Part shown: in pieces, positions 27,568-37,555 of the stretch
Layout of the letters: the number at the start of each line of letters is the position of its first letter
Numbering within the stretch: the first letter of the stretch is position 1
IMG/VR virus record: IMGVR_UViG_3300028557_000049
Coordinates: 1-53,607 of that record
Origin: a virus
Taxonomy: Duplodnaviria; Caudoviricetes
Length of the DNA stretch: 53,607 bases
Reading direction: 5' to 3' (one strand)
Notes under the pieces: model-generated
Seen by the model: the letters and a program-made list of their open reading frames with translations, nothing else
Told to the model about the DNA's origin: nothing
Databases searched by the model: none
Translations under genes and position numbers: made by a program

Positions 27568-27968
27568 ATATCTAATAGTATTTTACCGTTACGCAATAAC
27601 TTCTCAAATTGCCAAGGTAAATAGTCTTGGTGGTGTTGCATATAGGTTTCTCGCTTAAGGTTATCATTTAATGATGTACCAAAGTCAGACTCAACCGATT
27701 CCACTTCCACCATTAAATCTGATACCTCACGTTCTAATGAAGGTATTTCATCATTTAGGTCTGAAATTTCATCTTCATAATCATCGATACCACGACCATC
27801 ATTTAATATTGCATATAAAATATCACGCTCTTCTTCGAGTAAATAAACCAATGACTGCTCGTTACCCTTATTAAGGATATCCTCAGTAAGTCGCTTCGTG
27901 TTACTAAAGTTATCGTCTAGAAACTTAGCCAATAGTTCTTGAAAGCTTTTAAATTCTGTATCGGTCAT
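27558..27968 (-). CDS. acidic coiled-coil hypothetical protein
   Basis: ORF with own promoter. Confidence 0.6.
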   Translation of the reverse strand: MTDTEFKSFQELLAKFLDDNFSNTKRLTEDILNKGNEQSLVYLLEEERDILYAILNDGRGIDDYEDEISDLNDEIPSLEREVSDLMVEVESVESDFGTSLNDNLKRETYMQHHQDYLPWQFEKLLRNGKILLDIWK

Positions 27969-28020
27969 TAAGATTGGTTTTTACAAAGGTACTAAATATT
28001 TTCGAGACTAACAAACATTT

Positions 28021-28464
28021 TTAAAAATTTCTCATAGCTTTTTCTGATGCTAAGTATATATTTTCTTGATACCATTTACGATAACTATGTAAACAGTAAT
28101 CTTTAATAGATTTTCCATATGGTATGCCATACGCTTCACCAAAATTTTCTTTAATATCGGTAATCCTAATTTTACCATACTTACTATGAACTACCTCCCA
28201 ATTACTTTGCCCTAATACTAACGTACAATCGTTAAAAAATACATTAATTTCATTGGTGATAATACATGTATTATGTGATAACCATTTTTTATATATAGTA
28301 TCTAACTCTTTAGTACCATTAAATATGATATGTAACTCATTATGTATATTATAACACTTAGAACCATGTCTACTACCAACCTCAAAACTATTTGTCTTTG
28401 GGTTATATTCAGTAATTAGAAAGTTACGATTTAAGTATTTAAATACTATTTCCTCGTCTGTCAT
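28021..28464 (-). CDS. hypothetical protein
   Basis: ATGA overlap with rnr. Confidence 0.6.
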   Translation of the reverse strand: MTDEEIVFKYLNRNFLITEYNPKTNSFEVGSRHGSKCYNIHNELHIIFNGTKELDTIYKKWLSHNTCIITNEINVFFNDCTLVLGQSNWEVVHSKYGKIRITDIKENFGEAYGIPYGKSIKDYCLHSYRKWYQENIYLASEKAMRNF

Positions 28465-30410
28465 AATGTCATTAAGGCCAAATTAATATTTTTCTTGGCA
28501 ACATCAACAGATTTAACTATAACCATAACTTCATCACCAAGTCTTATTATCTTACCACTACTGCTCTTAACCAAATAGTTAGCAACATCAACGGTATATG
28601 ATTCACCATTGATATCAGATAAACGAACCAATCCTTCACATCGATTCTCTTTTATTTCGATGAACAAGCCGTAATCTGTAACTGATGTTACAATACCAGT
28701 ATAAACACGATTAACTCGTTCTAATATATACACGCACTGCATATACTTAATCGAATCTCGCTCGGCCTTTTGAGACTTACGTTCACGCTCAGATAAATAG
28801 TTACACTTGGTATCTAATTTATCTAACTTAACGTTGTTCTTATTAGATTGATATGTATACAATAACCTATGTACCATTACATCTGGATACCTACGAATAG
28901 GTGATGTAAAATGGGTATAATCCTTAAAGCCAAGACCATAATGGCCCACATTATGAGTTCTATAGTCAGCCTTTTGCATTGTTCTTACCACCAAGTTATT
29001 GATAATATCTTCCTCTGGTGTATCCTTTACATCAATCAATAATTGATTAAGAGATTTAGTTATAGCAGCTGAATCCTCAATCTTAATATCATATCCAAAT
29101 TGCTTGATATAATCCTTAAGTTGATTCAATTTTTCTTCACTAGGTTTATCATGCGCACGATTAACCATCGGAAGTCCCTTAGAATTAATGAATTGAGCTA
29201 CATGTCTGTTGGCTAATAACATAAACTCTTCAATCAATTTATTTGAGTCTTTAGAAGACTTAAATAATATGTCAACTGGCTTGTTATTCTCATCCAATTT
29301 GAATCGAACTTCATGCTTATCAAATGATATAGAACCCTTACCTAAGCGAACCTTACGCATCTTCTTAGCCATCTTATCCAAGATAAGAACAGCACTGGTA
29401 AGTTGCATATCTAAAATAGGGTCACCAGTATTTAGTTTAGGTAATCTAGTCTCTATTACTTCTTGAGCTTCCTCATAGGTAAACCTATGGTCAGAATTAA
29501 TAACGGTTCTACCAAACCATTCATCTGTCACGTGGCCATTTTGGTCCAATTTAAAGACCGCTGAGAAGCATAGCTTATCTTCCAATGGTCTTAATGAACA
29601 AAGGCCATTAGATAGCCTTTCTGGAAGCATAGGCACACATCTATCAACTAGATACACGCTGGTACCTCTAGCATAAGCTTCTTTATCCAATTCTGTATCT
29701 GGACGTAAATAATATGATACATCGGCAATATGTATACCAACCTCTAATATTCCATCAATAAATTGAACGGATAATGCATCATCGAAATCCTTTGCATCAG
29801 CTGGGTCAATCGTGAAGGTTAATACATGACGCATATCTCTACGCTTATCTATTTCAACCTGTGTGATAACATCTGAAATTGCTTCAGATTCATCTAAGAC
29901 ATCAATAGAAAACTCATATGGTAGGTTGTATTCCTCTAGAATGCTATGTATTTCTGTTTCGTGTTCACCAGAATTACCAATGATACGTATGACCTCACCA
30001 TTAGGGTTCTTAGCGTTATCTTTCCATTCAGTTAATCTAATGACTACCTTTTGTCCATCAGTAGAACCAAGCAATTTATTCTTTGGTATAAAGAAATCTG
30101 TTGATAGCTTGCTGCTAAGTGGTACAAAGAACGCATGACGTTCAGATATTTGTATCGTACCAATAAACTCAGTCTTGAACCGAGTTACTATCTCAATTAC
30201 CTCACCTTCAAGTGCTCGTTCCCTTCCTTCAAGGACTCGAATCTTTACGATGTCAAGGTGCAATGCTTTATTAACGTTGTTCTTGTTAATGTAAATGTCT
30301 TTAGGTATATCTGGACTCACTAAATAAGCGGAACCGCTTACATTCATACTCAACTTACCTTCAATTATATCTCCTAATTCTATCATATTATACGGTTTAG
30401 TGATTTCCAC
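28461..30410 (-). CDS. rnr: ribonuclease R
   Basis: TIDPADAKDFDDA, HIADVS, SVYLVD, LIEEFMLLAN, HFTSPIRRYPD, C-terminal S1 domain. Confidence 0.96.
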   Translation of the reverse strand: MEITKPYNMIELGDIIEGKLSMNVSGSAYLVSPDIPKDIYINKNNVNKALHLDIVKIRVLEGRERALEGEVIEIVTRFKTEFIGTIQISERHAFFVPLSSKLSTDFFIPKNKLLGSTDGQKVVIRLTEWKDNAKNPNGEVIRIIGNSGEHETEIHSILEEYNLPYEFSIDVLDESEAISDVITQVEIDKRRDMRHVLTFTIDPADAKDFDDALSVQFIDGILEVGIHIADVSYYLRPDTELDKEAYARGTSVYLVDRCVPMLPERLSNGLCSLRPLEDKLCFSAVFKLDQNGHVTDEWFGRTVINSDHRFTYEEAQEVIETRLPKLNTGDPILDMQLTSAVLILDKMAKKMRKVRLGKGSISFDKHEVRFKLDENNKPVDILFKSSKDSNKLIEEFMLLANRHVAQFINSKGLPMVNRAHDKPSEEKLNQLKDYIKQFGYDIKIEDSAAITKSLNQLLIDVKDTPEEDIINNLVVRTMQKADYRTHNVGHYGLGFKDYTHFTSPIRRYPDVMVHRLLYTYQSNKNNVKLDKLDTKCNYLSERERKSQKAERDSIKYMQCVYILERVNRVYTGIVTSVTDYGLFIEIKENRCEGLVRLSDINGESYTVDVANYLVKSSSGKIIRLGDEVMVIVKSVDVAKKNINLALMTL

Positions 30411-30918
30411 TAATAATTACATTAATCTTGAAGTCTTTAAGCCTTCCACTTAAACACTGTTGCTTACCCCATTCTTCAAACTTCGGTATGTGGTCTAACC
30501 TATCATCAGAAAGTTCCACCACCTCAACCGTAGGATATTTATCAAGCAAGCTATTAAGCGTATTTATCTTAACAACATCGGTACTACCACCAGTATTAAA
30601 GTGATACTCGTCAAAATGAAGATTCTTAGAATCCAAGACCCTCTTAACCAAGTCACCCAATTTTGACATACGACCAGTCAACAATACCGTTAGGGTATTA
30701 GGATTAGCTCTTTCTCGTTGATAATCAGCCACAACATGGTCAACCACTGGCATATCGAAGATATCAATATCCAAAGAGTCAGCTTGACCCCACCATCCCT
30801 TATGTGGCCATTCTTGGCCAGTCTTAGCCTTATAGGTTATACGACCCTCATCTGGTAGAGGTGTATTTACTATCGTCCCGTCAAAATCCACGACATATAA
30901 TTTAGTTATCGTTGCCAT
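30397..30918 (-). CDS. HAD-family phosphatase (Swiss-Army-knife RNA-repair-like)
   Basis: DFDGT, GWW, LLTGR, DDR; start probably MATITK. Confidence 0.8.
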   Translation of the reverse strand: MATITKLYVVDFDGTIVNTPLPDEGRITYKAKTGQEWPHKGWWGQADSLDIDIFDMPVVDHVVADYQRERANPNTLTVLLTGRMSKLGDLVKRVLDSKNLHFDEYHFNTGGSTDVVKINTLNSLLDKYPTVEVVELSDDRLDHIPKFEEWGKQQCLSGRLKDFKINVIISGNH

Positions 30919-31117
30919 TAGTTTCTTGTTTAATTCTATTAAATAGTTTATTATATTTAGGACCATCTAAGGCGACCCTACATTTAAAATCACCCCAATT
31001 TTCTTTAAATAGAGCAATTTCGCCAAAACAATGATGTGGAGTTTGTACAGCATCTTTAATACAACGCCAGATAAAACTAAAAAACCACCAGATATATATT
31101 ACTTTAAACCTAGCCAT
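30902..31117 (-). CDS. hypothetical protein
   Basis: ORF overlapping both neighbours. Confidence 0.5.
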   Translation of the reverse strand: MARFKVIYIWWFFSFIWRCIKDAVQTPHHCFGEIALFKENWGDFKCRVALDGPKYNKLFNRIKQETNGNDN

Positions 31118-31425
31118 TTCTTTATCTTAATTAAGAGATTATCTTCAGCTTTTTCAACCATTAAAGCACCCATTATGCGCTTGGTGGCCGAACCAATCAA
31201 TAGCTTGGTTATCGGGCCGTGCGAGTTTATCGTTTGCCTCAAGGCACCACTAATCTTACGAGACTCAGCAGTTCTTTTCCTGTTTAGTTTTTCAATACTA
31301 GATAAGTTATCTTTTTGGTATTCATCGAATACCTCTAGAATACCTTCAATATCATTGGTTAAGACCAGAGTCTCTAGTCTGGTTCTTAATTTATTACGCC
31401 TAGTATTTATCCAAATAATTTTCAT
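31099..31425 (-). CDS. hypothetical protein (GALRQTINSHGPITK...SATKRI)
   Basis: ORF with own promoter. Confidence 0.7.
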   Translation of the reverse strand: MKIIWINTRRNKLRTRLETLVLTNDIEGILEVFDEYQKDNLSSIEKLNRKRTAESRKISGALRQTINSHGPITKLLIGSATKRIMGALMVEKAEDNLLIKIKKWLGLK

Positions 31426-31552
31426 TGTTACAAAGGTACTAATTTAATTTAACAGTTGCAAGTTTTATCCCTGTTTAGTTTTATTGGTTTAAAACTTCAA
31501 TAGTTACTAATTCTTAGGAAATTTAATGAAATTAACCTTCCTTTAATTAATT

Positions 31553-32725
31553 TTATTGGTTAGAGAGACTATAAACACCTCTATTATGAATATTGATGCT
31601 GGCGTTTACGTCAGCATCATTTTCATAACCACAGACAATACAATTAAAGGCTTCGCCTTTTCTATTGTTTTTATCTATATGACCACATGCGGAGCATGTT
31701 TGTGATGTATATGCTGGTGAAACCTTCACCAGATTAATTCCATATTCATCAGTAATTCTTTCTAATTTAAGTATAGTCTTAGTATAAGACCATCTTTGTA
31801 TTTTATTATTAAAATATTTTTTACCGGTTTTAACTGATTTTAGATCTTCTATAATTAAATCCTTTATATTATTTAATGGTAATTCATTACATATTTTGTT
31901 AATTTCATTATCCCTATGGGATAATGCTTTTTTAAATGCTTTACTACCTTGTTTCTTTCTACTTATTTTATTGTATATTTCAGTTAATTCACCATTATAT
32001 TTATTTCCATTATTATCACATAAGAGTTTATTATAACCCATATCCAATCCTAATGAAGAACCTTCGGTTCTTTTATTAGGATTTTCTTTAAACCATATTA
32101 AACTTATGTAATAATCATTATTAACTTTTCTAATCTGAATATTATTTCTTAAATTAAATCCTTCAGATAATAATTTATTAGAATGTTTATGATTATTTAA
32201 TGGAATATTAATTTGCAATGCTCTAGTACCTTTATCATTAAAATAAGGTAGCTTAAGATTAATAAAAGAATTAAAATGATTACCTGATTTTATATTAAAG
32301 AATCTTTCATCTAAATTAATAGATAAATTATTTAGATTAGGTATTTTAAAATATTTAGATTTAATAATAGATTTAAGATTTAGATTACTATATTTTATTT
32401 TAATAAATGAAGAATCAGGATGATTCTTCATCATATATGAATATATTTTTTTATAGTTATTATATCTTTTTTTATTAGCTTTATCTAATTGACTTCTTAT
32501 TATAGAAGATGCTTGTTTATAAATTAATTGTTTATATCTACTATGGTTAATAGTTTCAGATGGTAAATCTTTAGAGGATAAATTAATTTTAAGTGGTAAT
32601 ATTCCATCTATTATATAATTCATATAAGTTAATAAATCAGACTTATAATCAATAAATAATTTATCGAGGGAAGCAAGCTTCCCTTGATTACAATTTTTGA
32701 TTATATGTTTAGATGATTTAATCAT
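31553..32725 (-). CDS. tnpB: stand-alone TnpB-family RuvC nuclease
   Basis: GLDMG, IEDL, PAYTSQTCSACG, CIVCG, DADVNASINI; much more AT-rich than its flanks. Confidence 0.9.
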   Translation of the reverse strand: MIKSSKHIIKNCNQGKLASLDKLFIDYKSDLLTYMNYIIDGILPLKINLSSKDLPSETINHSRYKQLIYKQASSIIRSQLDKANKKRYNNYKKIYSYMMKNHPDSSFIKIKYSNLNLKSIIKSKYFKIPNLNNLSINLDERFFNIKSGNHFNSFINLKLPYFNDKGTRALQINIPLNNHKHSNKLLSEGFNLRNNIQIRKVNNDYYISLIWFKENPNKRTEGSSLGLDMGYNKLLCDNNGNKYNGELTEIYNKISRKKQGSKAFKKALSHRDNEINKICNELPLNNIKDLIIEDLKSVKTGKKYFNNKIQRWSYTKTILKLERITDEYGINLVKVSPAYTSQTCSACGHIDKNNRKGEAFNCIVCGYENDADVNASINIHNRGVYSLSNQ

Positions 32726-32879
32726 TTATGATTAATTTACCATTTAAATCTTTTTCTATTAATAATCTAATTCGCTCAGACATATTAAAATTATTATTTT
32801 TGCAATAAGATTTATATTCTAGTTTAGAATTAGGTTCAATTCTAATATTAATATCATTAATTTTTTTTATTTTGTCCAT
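32718..32879 (-). CDS. ribbon-helix-helix-like protein, 53 aa, coupled to tnpB
   Basis: MDKIKKINDINIRIEPNSKLEYKSYCKNNNFNMSERIRLLIEKDL...; overlaps the tnpB start; ATATTTAT at 32884-32891. Confidence 0.65.
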   Translation of the reverse strand: MDKIKKINDINIRIEPNSKLEYKSYCKNNNFNMSERIRLLIEKDLNGKLIIND

Positions 32880-32969
32880 ACTTATAAATATATCATAAAA
32901 TCACAAAAAACATCTTTTTTTAAAAAAAAATGAAAATTTACTTTGAAATTTCATTTAAAAACCTTATTT

Positions 32970-33632
32970 TTAAGTTATAAATACAATACTACTTGGTGGG
33001 ATATTTTCGTGAGTGTATACTCCACCGTCAAATTGTGTGTCCATTAAAAAAACATTTTTCAAATCCTTTGTTTTTATTCTTAACATTACAGGCTCTTTAA
33101 TAAAGTCACCACCTAAAAATAACCCCATGATTTCATTAGCAGCATCTAAGTTTTTTGCTAAATAAATTCTTTCTGGATGATACCCGATTTTTGATTTTGT
33201 CTTTGGGGTTAAGCCAATTTTTAAGATTTTAGGTAAATTAACTTTTTCTGTTACATGATATAAATAATCATCAATGTCAAATGTCCTTAAATCAAATTTT
33301 GGTTCAAATCTTACACTACTAATAATATCATTTTTACCAACCTTTGTGGTAGAGGTACCATCATCAAGATAATATGCAGAAATAAAATAACCCATGTTAT
33401 TCATAAACTTAAATAGGTTATCATGGTTGGTGTTTCTATAAATAAAATACACTATAATCGTTTTATAATCCTTATAGACTTTGACTCTATAAATGTTACC
33501 CATAAACTTCTGGATATAATTTACAGTATAATCCAAGCTATGAGTCATAGTTAAACCTTCACCTAGATATTGTTTCTCTTCTGCTCTATTCAAGAATTCT
33601 TTAACTTTGTACTTGATAAATTTATCTAACAT
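32970..33632 (-). CDS. ADP-ribosyltransferase-fold protein (KptA/Tpt1/DUF952-like C-terminal domain)
   Basis: LYHVT...ILKIGL.P...RIYLA...LRI...VYTHENIPP. Confidence 0.6.
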   Translation of the reverse strand: MLDKFIKYKVKEFLNRAEEKQYLGEGLTMTHSLDYTVNYIQKFMGNIYRVKVYKDYKTIIVYFIYRNTNHDNLFKFMNNMGYFISAYYLDDGTSTTKVGKNDIISSVRFEPKFDLRTFDIDDYLYHVTEKVNLPKILKIGLTPKTKSKIGYHPERIYLAKNLDAANEIMGLFLGGDFIKEPVMLRIKTKDLKNVFLMDTQFDGGVYTHENIPPSSIVFIT

Positions 33633-33725
33633 AACGTTTTATTAATAAATATTATAGAAACACAAATTGATTTAATTTTTAGTTGCTACAAAGGTACTAA
33701 TTTATTCTTAATTTTCCAAATTATT

Positions 33726-34088
33726 CTACATATTCATCCTCGTACTAGCAGTATATGCGTAATCCATACAAAATGATGTCTCTATGGGTTCTTCATCTAA
33801 AATTCTCCGAATCGCTTCCATAACAGGTAATTTATCTGTTACCAACCAATAAAACTCCAAGTCAACATCTGGTCGTATATTGCTGCCCCAATTATCAACA
33901 TATAACCTAGCATCTTCCTCAGTAATAACGAATAAACGAACTAGTTCGTTTATTAATTTAACTGAATATACAGGCCTAACATATCGACTAGTATCACCAA
34001 TTAAATAAACACCATCATTACCAACCGAACTCCTACGAATTTCAAAATTTTTACTTAGATAAGACTGTACATATTTTTCCATGTACAA
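33726..34088 (-). CDS. hypothetical protein
   Basis: ORF. Confidence 0.6.
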   Translation of the reverse strand: MYMEKYVQSYLSKNFEIRRSSVGNDGVYLIGDTSRYVRPVYSVKLINELVRLFVITEEDARLYVDNWGSNIRPDVDLEFYWLVTDKLPVMEAIRRILDEEPIETSFCMDYAYTASTRMNM

Positions 34089-34119
34089 TTATACTATCAG
34101 TAATATATTATGTCAAGGT

Positions 34120-34290
34120 TTATTTTTTAAAGGGTTTTATCGTGACGAACATTCTTTTACCCTCAAGCTTTGGCATGGCTTCAGCTACACCATATTCTTC
34201 AAGGTCAACCAATAGCTTTAAGATTAATGTCTCACCCTTGGTTACGTGAATCATTTCACGCCCCTTAAATTGCATTGAAATCTTAACCTT
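34120..34290 (-). pseudogene. infC: stranded original 3' part of infC
   Basis: KVKISMQFKGREMIHVTKGETLILKLLVDLEEYGVAEAMPKLEGKRMFVTIKPFKK*, colinear with the C-terminus of 35124..35618. Confidence 0.9.
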
Positions 34291-34357
34291 TTTAATAAAA
34301 ATCTTGTTTAAATACTATTTTTTCTAATTTACCATATATTTATAATAAAAAAATATT

Positions 34358-34495
34358 ATGGCACGACCTAAATTATTAAAAGACGAAAAAAAGATAAAAC
34401 TTAGTATAACATTATCTAAAGATGTTAATTTAATATTAGAAAAATTAACAAAAAATAAATCTAAATTTATTGAGGAATTAATTAAAAATTTATAA
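34358..34495 (+). CDS. ribbon-helix-helix-like protein, 45 aa
   Basis: MARPKLLKDEKKIKLSITLSKDV...NKSKFIEELI; ATATTTAT at 34336. Confidence 0.65.
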   Translation: MARPKLLKDEKKIKLSITLSKDVNLILEKLTKNKSKFIEELIKNL

Positions 34496-34498
34496 AAT

Positions 34499-35134
34499 AT
34501 GACACCAGAAGAGAAAATACAACATAGAAAAGAATATAATACAAAATGGCGTGAAGCTAATAAAGAACGCATTAAAAAAGAAGCAGCTGAACGCAGTAGA
34601 TTATGGTATAATGAAAATAAAGACAAAGCTAAAGAAACACAAAGAAAATACTATCAAGATAATATCGATAGTTTTAAAAATAAAAGTAAAAATTATCGTG
34701 TAAATAATTCAGATAAAATAAAAGAATATCAAAAAAATTATAGAAAAAACAATAATGAAAAACGAAACGAATATAATAAAAATAGACGATTAAATGACCC
34801 ACTATATAAGCTAACAACAAATATTAGGTCAAGCATTAATCAAGCTTTTAGAAGAAATTCATACACTAAAAAATCAAAAACTGCTGAAATATTAGGTTGT
34901 ACTTTTGATGAATTTAAACAACATCTAGAATCTAGATTTGAATCATGGATGACATGGGATAATCATGGATTGTACAACGGTGAATTAAATTACGGTTGGG
35001 ATATTGACCATATGATTCCATTAAGTAGTGTAAAAACGGAAAAAGAATTGATTAAATTATGTCACTTCACCAATATCAAACCGTTATGTAGTCGCATAAA
35101 TAGAGATATTAAAAAAAATACATTTATTTCTTAG
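34499..35134 (+). CDS. free-standing HNH-like homing endonuclease
   Basis: Basic helical repeats then ILGC...HLE...WMTWDNHG...WDIDHMIPLSS...HFTNIKPL...N. Confidence 0.85.
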   Translation: MTPEEKIQHRKEYNTKWREANKERIKKEAAERSRLWYNENKDKAKETQRKYYQDNIDSFKNKSKNYRVNNSDKIKEYQKNYRKNNNEKRNEYNKNRRLNDPLYKLTTNIRSSINQAFRRNSYTKKSKTAEILGCTFDEFKQHLESRFESWMTWDNHGLYNGELNYGWDIDHMIPLSSVKTEKELIKLCHFTNIKPLCSRINRDIKKNTFIS

Positions 35135-35618
35135 AAATTGGTTTAAGATATCCAATAATTTTTTTACCTTCAAGCTTTGGCATTCCTTCCGCAACGCCAA
35201 ATTTATCTAATTCTAATATAAATTTAAGTATAACTTCCATACCTTTATCGGTAAACAACATCTCACGGCCTTTAAATTCCATTGAAAGTTTTATCTTATG
35301 GCCAATCTTAAGAAAATTTTCAGCATGTTTAATTCGATAATCTAAATCATTTTGTCCAATTTTATAAGAAAGTTTGATTTCCTTAGTGTTTAAGGTTTTT
35401 TGTTTTTGTTGTTTATTTTGATTGTAAACATATTTTTCATAATTCATAATCTTGCATACAGGTGGCTGAGCATTTGGATTTATAAGTACCAAATCCATAT
35501 CTTGAGACTCAGCCATCGTTAGAGCTTCTGATAATGGCATAATACCTACATCTGAAATCCTAACGTCAGTCCCACGAATTTCCTTATTGATTAAGTGTTG
35601 TTTTTTACTCTTTTGCAT
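35124..35618 (-). CDS. infC: translation initiation factor IF-3
   Basis: INKEIR...DLVLINPNAQPPVCKIMNYEK, KEIKL, FKGRE, PKLEG. Confidence 0.95.
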   Translation of the reverse strand: MQKSKKQHLINKEIRGTDVRISDVGIMPLSEALTMAESQDMDLVLINPNAQPPVCKIMNYEKYVYNQNKQQKQKTLNTKEIKLSYKIGQNDLDYRIKHAENFLKIGHKIKLSMEFKGREMLFTDKGMEVILKFILELDKFGVAEGMPKLEGKKIIGYLKPISKK

Positions 35619-36095
35619 TTATATTAATGATTTTATTTTTTTAATAACTTCTTCAATGGTATTAACTTGTGTTACATCATACATCTCACAAACAATATCA
35701 ACGTTCCCCTTGCGCCAAAATGGTTCAGGACAGCATACAATAAGCTTACCACTACTAGCGTATAATCCAAGCTCTAATAGTGATATTGGTGACTTGGTGT
35801 TTGGGTCGAAGTACATTATAATAATATCAGCCACTTCTAGTCCCAATAGTTCCCATAGAACTTGTTGTCTAAACTCTGGATTGGTGGCCTTTTGCTCCCA
35901 AGATGAATCCCAATCACTACGCCTTGGGTTGAGAAACTGAATCTTTTCATCTTCAAGTGCCTTGATAATGTCTTGCTGCCAATCACTAGCCTTCCCACTA
36001 TCTGGTAAACCAATACTACCACCTAAGAAAATTGATGTATAACCATCCTTCTTTGTATGGGTATTCGGTGCTTGTATTTCAATTGCTTTTTTCAT
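35619..36095 (-). CDS. nucleoside 2-deoxyribosyltransferase-like protein
   Basis: IFLGGSI, WQ, NPRR..WD, QVLWEL, SPISLLELG, FWRKGNV. Confidence 0.85.
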   Translation of the reverse strand: MKKAIEIQAPNTHTKKDGYTSIFLGGSIGLPDSGKASDWQQDIIKALEDEKIQFLNPRRSDWDSSWEQKATNPEFRQQVLWELLGLEVADIIIMYFDPNTKSPISLLELGLYASSGKLIVCCPEPFWRKGNVDIVCEMYDVTQVNTIEEVIKKIKSLI

Positions 36096-36096
36096 A

Positions 36097-36288
36097 TTAA
36101 TTTAAGTTATAACCATTTGGTTCATTATCATCGTAGTATCCATCATCATCGTCCTCATTGGAAATAATGATGTTCTCGATAATCTCATCAAGTTCATCTA
36201 ATACGTTTATTTCTAATTTGCCATTGGCATCATTATATTCAAGGGTAATAACGTATTCACCCATTATTATTTTCTTGTTTAGTTTCAT
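36097..36288 (-). CDS. small acidic protein
   Basis: ORF. Confidence 0.55.
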   Translation of the reverse strand: MKLNKKIIMGEYVITLEYNDANGKLEINVLDELDEIIENIIISNEDDDDGYYDDNEPNGYNLN

Positions 36289-36299
36289 AATACCTATAT

Positions 36300-37307
36300 T
36301 TATTTATAAGTATCATTCTTTTGTATAAAGGTTTTAACCTTAAGTTTTCTAGTCTTATCATTTTTGATGACCTCAATTGAATCTTCGCTTATAACCCTAG
36401 TAATTTCACCAAAATGAGACCAACCGTCCTCAAATTCCATTTCAATATGTTTATCCATAAATGGTGGAATCACGCTCAGACTAGTACTACTACGAACCTT
36501 TAATACATATTCATCATCTATTTCTTCATAAACCTCGTGACCAATTAAATTTTTCCGTACATTAAATACATCAGCAAAGTATTCTGGACCTTCATTATAC
36601 ATATTTACCTCAGCTAAGATACTTTTAACAATATCAACCGTTATAAAGTTTAATTGTGAAATGAAAAGAATGGTTTCTTCCTTAAGTGCTGTATTGATTA
36701 ATAAATCATCAACAATTTCCTCAATAACACTTGGTGTTAAGTCGCTAAACTCTTTCAAATAACGAACACGACTTGGACGTTGCAATAAATTTTCGTCAAT
36801 TCGTAATTCATTGGTGGTTAAAATAAAAACACGTCTAAATTCTGAATTAAGTGCACCATCCATAATCGTTAACAAATCATGTGATTTATTAAAAATCTTT
36901 TCATATTCATCAACAAATACCGTTATATTCTGTGGAATTGAATTCAAAAATTCGGTAACGCCTAGATAATTTTCAGATACCAATATAATTGGCTGGTTTA
37001 ATTGATTGGCAATTAATTTCGAGGATACGGTTTTTCCTGTACCCTTAAGTCCATTCAATAATATACCAATATTACCATATGTTGTATTGGTATATGTGTG
37101 AACCACACGATTAATTAATTTGGTTTCTAGACCATATATCTTATAATTAAAATCAAATTTATCCGAAACCTTAGTTAGGTATAATCCAGTTATATCCGAA
37201 TAGTTAACTTGATAAACCACATTATCTAACCTCTCAAGGCTTGGTTGTTTTTCTTGTAAAAATAATGCATTTTCACTACCAGACCAAATCATTTTTACCT
37301 TGCTCAT
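36300..37307 (-). CDS. AAA+ ATPase
   Basis: GLKGTGKT, VFVDEYEK, TTN, RPSR. Confidence 0.9.
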   Translation of the reverse strand: MSKVKMIWSGSENALFLQEKQPSLERLDNVVYQVNYSDITGLYLTKVSDKFDFNYKIYGLETKLINRVVHTYTNTTYGNIGILLNGLKGTGKTVSSKLIANQLNQPIILVSENYLGVTEFLNSIPQNITVFVDEYEKIFNKSHDLLTIMDGALNSEFRRVFILTTNELRIDENLLQRPSRVRYLKEFSDLTPSVIEEIVDDLLINTALKEETILFISQLNFITVDIVKSILAEVNMYNEGPEYFADVFNVRKNLIGHEVYEEIDDEYVLKVRSSTSLSVIPPFMDKHIEMEFEDGWSHFGEITRVISEDSIEVIKNDKTRKLKVKTFIQKNDTYK

Positions 37308-37309
37308 AT

Positions 37310-37555
37310 TTACTTATTTTCGTTGATTAATTTTTCTTTTTCTTTTCTTGTTAATTGCTTTATTCTATATTCCTCTTTGCTAGCTAAGCTACGGTCTATA
37401 GCTTCAAAGCTAACCATAAGTCTTACGGGCCTTCGTACACGTGTGTATTTGGCTCCAGTTCCATTATTATGTGCCAGTATTCGCTTTTCTAAGTCGTTGG
37501 TTATACCAGTATAATATGTCCCATCATTACACTCTAAGATGTATACGAACCACAT
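37310..37555 (-). CDS. GIY-YIG protein (UPF0213/YhbQ-like)
   Basis: WFVYILEC.DG.YYTG.T, HN.G.GAKYTR, E..IKQL. Confidence 0.9.
   Translation of the reverse strand: MWFVYILECNDGTYYTGITNDLEKRILAHNNGTGAKYTRVRRPVRLMVSFEAIDRSLASKEEYRIKQLTRKEKEKLINENK

Noticed and set aside
34324-34626. Minus-strand 100-aa ORF
   Set aside because: Antisense to the RHH and HNH genes, and does not join the infC fragments
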